Source of the DNA: Minisyncoccota bacterium
GTDB taxonomy: Bacteria; Patescibacteriota; Minisyncoccia; Phycocordibacterales; GWA1-40-21
Length of the DNA stretch: 64,000 bases
Assembly: GCA_041674925.1 (NCBI GenBank)
Contig: JBAYUW010000003.1
Span: 2,042-66,041 of the forward strand
Direction of reading: 5' to 3'
Under the pieces are notes generated by a model. The model saw only the letters and a program-made list of their open reading frames with translations, had not been told where the DNA came from and ran no database searches. The translations under genes were made by a program, and so were the position numbers. Positions within the stretch are counted from its first letter, which is position 1. Every line of letters starts with the position of its first letter. Below, piece by piece: positions 56,342-64,000 of this stretch.

Positions 56342-57520
56342 ATGGTTTATCAGCCAATCAAAACTTTCAAATATTTGCCAATGTTTTCGTTGTATTTCTT
56401 GGCAGTTTTATTGGCTTTTCATGTGGCTATTCCGGCCTATGTGAATTCCAGCTTTTTGGAAACTTTTGTCTCATCAGAATATGTCGGCCCAGTTTATGCT
56501 TTAGGTTCGATTCTTACCATTTTAGGTCTTTGGACTTTGCCCTTTATTCTAAGGCGCTTTGGTAACTATCACACAACCAATGTTTTAATTTTACTTGAAA
56601 TTATTGCTTTTGCCGGATTGACTCTGGCTAGTCGTGATTACGCTCTCACTGCTTTCTTTTTATTGGCGATCATGATCGGCTCGTTTATTTATTTTTCTTT
56701 CGACATTTTTATGGAGGGTTATTCTAAAGACTCTCAGACTGGCAAGATTAGAGGTACTTTTTTGACCTTAACAAATCTCGCCTGGGTTTTTGCTCCTATG
56801 ACCGCTGCTTTTCTTTTGCAGACAGAAAATTACCGTTTAATTTATCTTTGCCCTTTAATTCTCTTGTTCCCAATTCTCTTTATTACTCAACGCTTGCGTC
56901 GTTTTCATGATTCGCAGTATGTGGCTGTTCCGTTTCTTGTGACCGCTAAAGAAATTTTACACAATCGAAATATTCGGAATATTTTTTGGGTTGGTTTATT
57001 ACTTAGATTTTTTTATTCCTGGATGGTGATTTATACCCCAATCTATCTACATAAATATCTTGGTATTGCTTGGTCAGAGATTGGAGTCATTTTTGGTATT
57101 ATGCTGATTCCATTCATTCTTACCCCTTATCCCTTAGGTAAACTAGCTGATAAAAAGTATGGTGAAAAAGAGATGCTCATAATTGGTTTTATCGTCATGG
57201 CGATCTCAACTGCACTAGTCTCGTTTATTGATTCAACCAATATGATTGTCTGGGCGGGAATTTTGTTTGTCACCAGAATTGGTGCGAGCGTGATAGAAAT
57301 AATGTCAGAAACCTATTTTTTCAAAAAAGTTGGAAATGTTAATGCTAATATGATTGGTTTTTTTCGTACCGCCGGACCAATGGCTTATATTTTAGGACCG
57401 CTGTCAGCTACGGTTGTGTTGGTCTACACTAATCTTGATATGAAATACCTCTTCCTGATTTTAGGAATAATTATGCTTTTTGGTATTATTTTTAGCCTCA
57501 GAATAAAAGACACTAAATAA
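56342..57520 (+). CDS. MFS transporter
   Basis: About 12 TM; GKLADKKYGEK. Confidence 0.85.
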   Translation: MVYQPIKTFKYLPMFSLYFLAVLLAFHVAIPAYVNSSFLETFVSSEYVGPVYALGSILTILGLWTLPFILRRFGNYHTTNVLILLEIIAFAGLTLASRDYALTAFFLLAIMIGSFIYFSFDIFMEGYSKDSQTGKIRGTFLTLTNLAWVFAPMTAAFLLQTENYRLIYLCPLILLFPILFITQRLRRFHDSQYVAVPFLVTAKEILHNRNIRNIFWVGLLLRFFYSWMVIYTPIYLHKYLGIAWSEIGVIFGIMLIPFILTPYPLGKLADKKYGEKEMLIIGFIVMAISTALVSFIDSTNMIVWAGILFVTRIGASVIEIMSETYFFKKVGNVNANMIGFFRTAGPMAYILGPLSATVVLVYTNLDMKYLFLILGIIMLFGIIFSLRIKDTK

Positions 57521-57522
57521 TC

Positions 57523-59418
57523 TTATACTCCAATAATAACCGGGATGACCATCGGTCTTTTGGCGGTTTTTTGAAAGAGATATTTACTAATCGCATCAGC
57601 GACATTGTTTTTAACATAATCAAAGTCAATTGGCTTCATACCCGCGGCACTCGTTTCAATTGTCTTTTTAATTATATTTCTAGTTTCATTGAGTAGCTCT
57701 TGTGATTCACGAAGATAGACGAAGCCACGAGAAATAATATCGGGAGATTTCTTTAAACGACAGGTGGTGGTATTGATGCTTGCAATAATAACAAACATTC
57801 CGTCTTGAGCCAGCATTTGACGATCGCGAATAACCACATCTTGAACATCACCGATTGAAAAACCATCCACCATCACCAAGCCCGATGGCGCTTTTTCCTT
57901 TAAAACGTGAATTTTTAAGCCTTTTTCACCCTCACTGATTTCGACAATATTACCATTATCCGGCACGATCACATTTTCTCTGGGTTTGCCAAGCGAAACA
58001 GACAATTCGGCATTCATTTTCAGCATAAAGTGCTGACCATGAACGGGCATAAAAAACTGATGAGGAATTTGTTTTTGAATCCAAGCTAATTCTTCACGCT
58101 TACCGTGTCCGCCGGCATGCACGTCGGTTTCGTAATAAGTAATGATTTTAGCATCATGTCGGTAAAGATTGTCTTTTAATCCAGCAATCGCTCTTTCATT
58201 GCCAGGAATGACTGATGAAGAAAGGATAACCGTATCAGTTTTATTTAGTTTAATCTGCTTGTGTGAATTGTTGGCAATACGCATCAAAGCCGCGAATTCT
58301 TCACCTTGAGCTCCGGTCGCCAGGAACATTAATTTATGTGGGGGATAGTCGGCGATATCTTCGACGGGAATAATGTGTTCGACATCAGCCAGTTTCAGGA
58401 ATTTAATAATTTCGACATTGTTCTTCATACTGCGTCCTTCGATCACTAATTTCTTGCCATACTTTTTGGCCATATTGATGAAGTGAATAATACGTTCGAC
58501 TTGTGAGGCAAAAGTCGCGATGATAATTCTACCAGACACTTCACTCACAATCTTATCAATTGTCTTTACCACCTGATTTTCAGAAATCGTCCAACCTGGC
58601 TTTTCTACTCCAGTCGAATCCATGGTGAGTAAGATCACATTACGCTCTTTAAAGAATTTATATTGCTCGTATTCTTCCTCTGATACTATTCCTCCCTCAT
58701 TTTCCACCCGCACGTCACCAGTGTTCACAATATCACCAAGTGGGGTGTTGATAATCACTCCTGTTGAATCAGGAATTGAGTGAGTAATGCCAAAGAACTT
58801 TAATTTTAAATCTGGTGTCAAAGGAATAAAACCATCATCTTTACCGCAAATCTTGATATTTAATTCTGGCAAGTGCGGAAATTCTGTTTGTCTTTTTTTA
58901 ATGAGTAAAGCTCCGAATTCACGAGTATAAATTGGTGGGTTACCAAGTTTTTCTATCAAATAGGGAATACCGCCGATATGGTCCAAGTGTCCGTGAGTGA
59001 TCACCAAAGCGCGGATCTTACCCTTTCTCTCTTCTAAATATTTAGTATTTGGCAAGATATAATCAATACCAGGAGTCTCCTCTGTCTTAAACTGGATACC
59101 AGCGTCAATGACGATAATATCATTTTTATATTCTACCGCCATCATATTTTTTCCGATTTCCTCGACTCCACCAAGGGGAATAATCCGAACAGTTTTTTCT
59201 TTTAGGGTTGGGACAACATCTTCGAATTTTTTGTGAGTGCTCGGCCCGTGTTTTTTGGCCGGAGCCATTCGACGATTATTTTTTAGGCTTCTTTTGGCAT
59301 TATGCTGAAGGCCGGGCATGGTTGAATTATGCGCTGGTCTAGCGGTTTGTCGTAATATTGTGCTATCAGCGTGAAAAGGAGCTGAACGTCGTCTCTCGTT
59401 GTTATTAGGGGTTATCAT
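57523..59418 (-). CDS. rnj: Ribonuclease J
   Basis: PLGGVEEIGKNM, THGHLDHIG, THSIPD, TGAQGE, PVHG, SRGFVY. Confidence 0.95.
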   Translation of the reverse strand: MITPNNNERRRSAPFHADSTILRQTARPAHNSTMPGLQHNAKRSLKNNRRMAPAKKHGPSTHKKFEDVVPTLKEKTVRIIPLGGVEEIGKNMMAVEYKNDIIVIDAGIQFKTEETPGIDYILPNTKYLEERKGKIRALVITHGHLDHIGGIPYLIEKLGNPPIYTREFGALLIKKRQTEFPHLPELNIKICGKDDGFIPLTPDLKLKFFGITHSIPDSTGVIINTPLGDIVNTGDVRVENEGGIVSEEEYEQYKFFKERNVILLTMDSTGVEKPGWTISENQVVKTIDKIVSEVSGRIIIATFASQVERIIHFINMAKKYGKKLVIEGRSMKNNVEIIKFLKLADVEHIIPVEDIADYPPHKLMFLATGAQGEEFAALMRIANNSHKQIKLNKTDTVILSSSVIPGNERAIAGLKDNLYRHDAKIITYYETDVHAGGHGKREELAWIQKQIPHQFFMPVHGQHFMLKMNAELSVSLGKPRENVIVPDNGNIVEISEGEKGLKIHVLKEKAPSGLVMVDGFSIGDVQDVVIRDRQMLAQDGMFVIIASINTTTCRLKKSPDIISRGFVYLRESQELLNETRNIIKKTIETSAAGMKPIDFDYVKNNVADAISKYLFQKTAKRPMVIPVIIGV

Positions 59419-59419
59419 C

Positions 59420-61153
59420 TTAAATTATAAAGTTCCAAACTCTATCAGTCTCAATATACCATTGATGAACCGATTCGAATCTTTCACTTCGATTATTAAT
59501 AAAACCAGATTCAAAACCTTGAATCTTTGTTGGTAAAACATAAACAAATTCTGGTGAGTAAATAAAAACGGCTGGTAAGTCATTTTTTATTTCCGACACC
59601 ACTTGAGCATACTTTTTTAGTCGTTCATCTTTATTAGAAATTTGTCGAGCACTTTCCAAGAGGGTGTCTACCTTGCTATTGGTATACATCGCCACATTGT
59701 AGCCGGTGTTTCTTTGTGAAGAGTGCCAAAAAGCAAATAAATCTAGACTACGATTAATTATCTCACCAAAAAGTAGAGCGTCGTACTTCCTTTGGGCGAT
59801 AACTGTTTGGTTTAGATCAGTCGGATCAAAAGTCTGGACTTCGACTGGCACACCCAATCGTCCCCAATCTTCTTTCAGAATCTCGGCTGTTTTTTTCAAA
59901 TCATTAGTATTGGCCGTGGCAATTGAAAAAGCTAATTTTTCGGTTTCAGTTTTGGCTTTTTTCTTTTCCCAAACCTGTCCTTCTTCGTTATATTTCCAAC
60001 CCGCCTTAACTAGAATACTTTTTGCTTGCTCTATAGCTTCATCACGGTTATAGGTCGTGGTTGCAATATTTTCAGACAAGATACCGTTTGGTAATGGGCC
60101 GGTAATTTTTTGACCATAATCACCGAGAACTTCGCTGACAATTCGGTCACGATCGACGGTTAAATCCAAGGCCTGGCGCACTTCTTTATTTAGAAAAACT
60201 TTTGCTTGATTTTGATTAAAGAAAACTCCAAAGACGCGGGGAAGAGAAATTTGTTCTTGCTCCAGCTCTACTTTTTTGTCCAAAGCATCAAGACTTTGTG
60301 GTGAGAGGACACTGGTACTCTCGATTTTGCCAGCTGTAAAAGCCTCCGTTAAACTTTTTTCGTTGGGATAAAAATTGAATTTAATATTATCAATATAGGC
60401 TTTTCCCAGGGTGTAATCGTCAAAAGCTTTTAGTTCGTAGTAATTAGGAATACCAGAACTGTTTCGATTTATTTTTTCTACTTCATATGACCCTGAGCCG
60501 ATTGGTTCGGTATTGTAAGGACTAAAAGGGAACTCTTCAGTGTTGGCACTAGACCAGATATGCTTTGGTAAGATACCCAAGGTCGTGTTTTCCAAAAAAG
60601 GTGAATAGGGTTGCTTGAGCTCGAAAGAGACTTCCATATCGCTCACCTTGTGAACAGTCACATCAATCCAGTTGTTCTTCTTGGGACTGCGCAAGGTATT
60701 ATCCTGCACCATATTAATAGTATAAACAATATCATCGGCGGTAATCTTGGCTCCGTCGTGAAAAACAGCATCGCTCTTAATTTTAAAATTATAAGTTAAA
60801 CCGTCCTCAGAAATCGTATAGCTTTCAGCTAAATCAGGGACAAGGTCACCAGTTGGGGTGGCCCGCATCAGACCGGAATAAATTAAATAAGTTAGATCGC
60901 GATCAGCATCCGACAACTCTAAAAGGGGATTAATAAAACGAGGTGAACCAATTATACCCTCAGTCAATGAACCACCGCGTGCTGGGACTTTGGTTGTGAA
61001 TTGGCTATTTACTCTGCCAAATAAATTAAAACTCGCCCAGATCAAGATTAAAGCCAGAATGGTAAAGATAATCTTTTCTGTAAGATTGAAAGATCGAAAT
61101 ATTTTATTGAAATTGACAACTTGTCGCGTATAGAGATTTTTAATTTTTGACAT
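59420..61153 (-). CDS. Family 5 (peptide-type) ABC substrate-binding protein
   Basis: PRFINPL, IYSGL, PDLAESY, FHDG..TADD, PIGSGSY. Confidence 0.9.
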   Translation of the reverse strand: MSKIKNLYTRQVVNFNKIFRSFNLTEKIIFTILALILIWASFNLFGRVNSQFTTKVPARGGSLTEGIIGSPRFINPLLELSDADRDLTYLIYSGLMRATPTGDLVPDLAESYTISEDGLTYNFKIKSDAVFHDGAKITADDIVYTINMVQDNTLRSPKKNNWIDVTVHKVSDMEVSFELKQPYSPFLENTTLGILPKHIWSSANTEEFPFSPYNTEPIGSGSYEVEKINRNSSGIPNYYELKAFDDYTLGKAYIDNIKFNFYPNEKSLTEAFTAGKIESTSVLSPQSLDALDKKVELEQEQISLPRVFGVFFNQNQAKVFLNKEVRQALDLTVDRDRIVSEVLGDYGQKITGPLPNGILSENIATTTYNRDEAIEQAKSILVKAGWKYNEEGQVWEKKKAKTETEKLAFSIATANTNDLKKTAEILKEDWGRLGVPVEVQTFDPTDLNQTVIAQRKYDALLFGEIINRSLDLFAFWHSSQRNTGYNVAMYTNSKVDTLLESARQISNKDERLKKYAQVVSEIKNDLPAVFIYSPEFVYVLPTKIQGFESGFINNRSERFESVHQWYIETDRVWNFII

Positions 61154-61189
61154 AAACTAAATGACGAAATAGAAAATGATAGATTGCGA

Positions 61190-61426
61190 TTATTTTAGAA
61201 CCAGAACAGCAATGGAGGACAGTGCAAAGAGGATTGCAATTGCGATTGTAAAGATGAAAAGCTTTTGTTCAAAACCACGACGAGTATGAAAGCCGGAGGC
61301 GAAATTGTCGTTACCACCAAAAGAACCACCGACACCAGCTTCGGATTTCTGCATCAAGATAGCGGCGATCAAAATCACAGATAAAACTATCTGAATATAG
61401 GGTAATATACCAATCAAACTTGTCAT
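61190..61426 (-). CDS. secG: Preprotein translocase subunit SecG
   Basis: ILMQ..GVGGSFGG..TRRGFE, two TM. Confidence 0.9.
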   Translation of the reverse strand: MTSLIGILPYIQIVLSVILIAAILMQKSEAGVGGSFGGNDNFASGFHTRRGFEQKLFIFTIAIAILFALSSIAVLVLK

Positions 61427-61523
61427 TAAGATAGAGTATAGCACAGTGTCATTTTATTGCAACTTGTGGTATACTGTTACCCAGTCGGAAAAGACGCCTT
61501 TAATATTATTTAATTTAAAATTT

Positions 61524-62078
61524 ATGAGCTTAATTTACATTTTGATTGGTATTATAGTCTTGTTGGTCTTGTGGATAGTTTTTGCCTATAACCGCTTTAT
61601 TGTCTTGATCAACCGCGCCAAAGAAGCTTGGTCTGATATTGATGTACAGCTTAAAAGACGCTATGACCTTATTCCTAATTTAGTTAATACCGTGAAGGGT
61701 TATGCCACCCATGAAAGCAGTACCTTTGATAAAGTTACTCAAGCTAGAACCGCCGCGATGGGCGCCTCGAATGTCGCTGACAAAGGGCAAGCCGAAAACA
61801 TGCTGACTGGTGCTTTGAAATCCGTCTTCGCTCTCGCCGAAGCTTATCCAGACCTAAAAGCCAATCAGAACTTCCTTTCATTACAGACAGAATTATCAGA
61901 TACTGAAAATAAAATTCAAGCCTCCCGTCGATTCTACAATGGTAATGTTCGAGACTTGAATATTGCGATTGAAGCTTTTCCAGGTAACCTTATCGCCGGC
62001 ATCTTCCACTTTGCGAAAATGGAATTGTTTGCTCTCGAAGAAGAAGCGGCCAAGAAACCAGTCGAAGTTAAGTTTTAA
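61524..62078 (+). CDS. lemA: LemA family protein
   Basis: WSDIDVQLKRRYDLIPNLV, EAYPDLKAN, RRFYN. Confidence 0.95.
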   Translation: MSLIYILIGIIVLLVLWIVFAYNRFIVLINRAKEAWSDIDVQLKRRYDLIPNLVNTVKGYATHESSTFDKVTQARTAAMGASNVADKGQAENMLTGALKSVFALAEAYPDLKANQNFLSLQTELSDTENKIQASRRFYNGNVRDLNIAIEAFPGNLIAGIFHFAKMELFALEEEAAKKPVEVKF

Positions 62079-62084
62079 CCCTTA

Positions 62085-62966
62085 ATGTCAACCGTTTATA
62101 CCGAACAAGACAAAAATGTTCGACGCACTTGGTTTTTAATGACCATCTTTTTGGTCGTGATAATCGCTTTGGGCTATTTCATCAGTTATTATTATGCTGA
62201 TCCAAGCATTCTCTATATTGCCATTATTTTCAGTTTACTCATGAACGTCTTTAGCTATTGGTTTTCTGATAAAATAGTTTTGTCTCTGTCGCACGCCAAA
62301 GAGGCTAAACGCGAAGAATATACTGACCTGTATAATATAGTCGAAAATCTTTCCATCACCGCTGGTCTGCCAATGCCGAGAGTCTATGTTGTTCAAGATT
62401 CCGCTCCGAATGCTTTTGCGACGGGGAGGAATAAAGATCATGCCGTCGTCGCGGTCACGACCGGACTTCTAACGATTTTAAATAAAACAGAATTAGAAGG
62501 AGTGATTGCGCACGAATTGTCTCATATCGGCAATCGAGATATTTTACTTTCGACGGTCGTTGTTGTTCTTGTCGGTTTTGTATCAATTTTAGCTGATATT
62601 TTCTTACGGGGTAGTTCTGGTCGGGGGAGAAATAGTGACAGTAAGGCTGGAAATATTTTGATGATTGTCGGCGTGGTGCTAATAATCCTTTCACCGATTA
62701 TTGCTAAATTAATTCAACTGGCCATTTCTCGCAAAAGGGAATTCCTCGCCGATGCCTCCGGTGTCTTATTGACCCGTTATCCCGAGGGCCTCGCTTCAGC
62801 GTTACAAAAAATTTCCGGCGCCAATATTCCCATGCAAAACGCTCACACCGCCACGGCTCATCTTTTTATATCCAACCCCTTTGGTAACGCCGGCAAAAAA
62901 CTAACCACTCTTTTCAGCACCCATCCCGCGACGGAGGATAGGGTGAGGGCGCTGTTGGGGAAGTAA
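62085..62966 (+). CDS. htpX: M48 zinc metalloprotease HtpX
   Basis: PNAFATG, AHELSH, SRKREFLAD, FSTHP. Confidence 0.94.
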   Translation: MSTVYTEQDKNVRRTWFLMTIFLVVIIALGYFISYYYADPSILYIAIIFSLLMNVFSYWFSDKIVLSLSHAKEAKREEYTDLYNIVENLSITAGLPMPRVYVVQDSAPNAFATGRNKDHAVVAVTTGLLTILNKTELEGVIAHELSHIGNRDILLSTVVVVLVGFVSILADIFLRGSSGRGRNSDSKAGNILMIVGVVLIILSPIIAKLIQLAISRKREFLADASGVLLTRYPEGLASALQKISGANIPMQNAHTATAHLFISNPFGNAGKKLTTLFSTHPATEDRVRALLGK

Positions 62967-63017
62967 TTGGTATTGATAACTAGCTTGATATTTTTCTGAG
63001 TTGCTCAACGAGGTATT

Positions 63018-63770
63018 TTATTTGGTTTTTATTCCTAAAGTAGTAATTACTTCTCGATGTATGGTCAATTTACCGCCAGTTGAATATCTTTTGTAGAGAT
63101 CATAGAGTTCTTTCAGCATGTTTGGTCTTTTAGGTTTTGGAACCATGTGCCAAAAACTGAGAGACTGTATCAAAACCAAAGCTTCTTTGATTGAGTATTT
63201 TTCATCCAAATAAAAAGTGTTTTCTTTTATTTTCTTAAATCTATATTTCGTCAGTGAATCTCTCGGTTCATAATTTCTGGCACTGTTGAAATACTTACCA
63301 GCATACTTTCTCAATATTGATTTATAATTTTCATAAAAATCATCCCGATTCATACTTTGGCGGGTTTGTTTTAGGGCGGCAAAAAATATTCCTCCTGGTT
63401 TTAAAACTCTTTTAATTTCTTCAATAGATTTTTTATCTTCAAACCAATGAAAAGAAGTAAAGGCAGTAACTAAATCAAAATACTCTGAGGGAAAAGGGAG
63501 TTCATTGGCTGGGGCGGCGATATAAGTTATACCTTTGCTAGATGTTTTTGCCGTCTCAATCATTGCTTTATCTTTATCAGCTCCAGAAGTCTGAAATCCG
63601 TGTTTTTTCAGTTCCCGAGTCGATATTCCTGTCCCGCACCCAATATCCAAGGTGAGTGGTTTTTTGATTTTTGTGAAAGAATGAAGATAATCAAATAACT
63701 CTTTCGGATATCCTCTACGTCCTTTTACATATGCTTTACTTAATTTGCCGAAATTATTTGGAACATTCAT
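63018..63770 (-). CDS. Class I SAM-dependent methyltransferase
   Basis: RRGYP, LDIGCGTG, SFHWF, RVLKPGG. Confidence 0.9.
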   Translation of the reverse strand: MNVPNNFGKLSKAYVKGRRGYPKELFDYLHSFTKIKKPLTLDIGCGTGISTRELKKHGFQTSGADKDKAMIETAKTSSKGITYIAAPANELPFPSEYFDLVTAFTSFHWFEDKKSIEEIKRVLKPGGIFFAALKQTRQSMNRDDFYENYKSILRKYAGKYFNSARNYEPRDSLTKYRFKKIKENTFYLDEKYSIKEALVLIQSLSFWHMVPKPKRPNMLKELYDLYKRYSTGGKLTIHREVITTLGIKTK

Positions 63771-63919
63771 CTTGTCTTTAAATTTAATTTAATCTTCTTA
63801 ATAAATTAAAACTTAGTCTCTTGAGTTGATTCATTGTGTCGAGCGCTCGGTTACAATGGCTATTATAGCATGCTTATTTAATATTTTATTTGAAGTGATA
63901 GTGTGTTATTATTTGGATT

Positions 63920-64000
63920 ATGGAGGAATTCAGCAAAAGAACCCTAGAAGACGGTGATGCTTTGTTAAAATGTACCTGTCCAACCTGTAAATGGAACGGC
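63920..64000 (+). CDS. Start of an ORF running off the window
   Basis: MEEFSKRTLEDGDALLKCTCPTCKWNG, open to the end. Confidence 0.45.
   Translation, partial: MEEFSKRTLEDGDALLKCTCPTCKWNG

Noticed and set aside
63771-63875. SAM riboswitch upstream of the methyltransferase
   Set aside because: A hairpin is present, but I cannot match it to any SAM riboswitch consensus; an Rfam scan is needed.
1-64000. Alternative genetic code (UGA=Gly, as in Gracilibacteria)
   Set aside because: Conserved genes are full length under code 11, and TGA ends genes such as pilT.

Overview
64-kb chromosomal segment of a Patescibacteria (CPR, Parcubacteria-like) genome, genetic code 11; the lineage is inferred from gene content. 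Housekeeping genes include ftsH (partial), recG, ligA, gatCA, prfB, ftsEX, proS, rnj, secG, lemA-htpX and tlyA. There are two type IV pilus/competence clusters and eight tRNA genes. Two tRNAs are split by compact group I introns: Asp-GUC at 35/36 (203 nt) and Thr-GGU at 36/37 (181 nt). One tRNA is Ile with a UAU anticodon. The most unusual signals are: (1) an integrase-free array of 1-2-gene cassettes downstream of tRNA-Gln, separated by five degenerate 27-bp direct repeats that read as the same peptide (WLxVWYEVG) on the minus strand; (2) two orphan PemK/MazF-fold genes, each followed by a convergent promoter plus ~50-nt two-hairpin small RNA, a candidate RNA antitoxin; (3) stacked relics of the mgtC 3' end separating accessory genes; (4) a hairpin-rich 175-bp element bounded by a duplicated tRNA-Asp 3' end; (5) tRNA 3' ends abutting or overlapping the start codons of pyrD and prfB. 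All calls are by eye; no searches were run.
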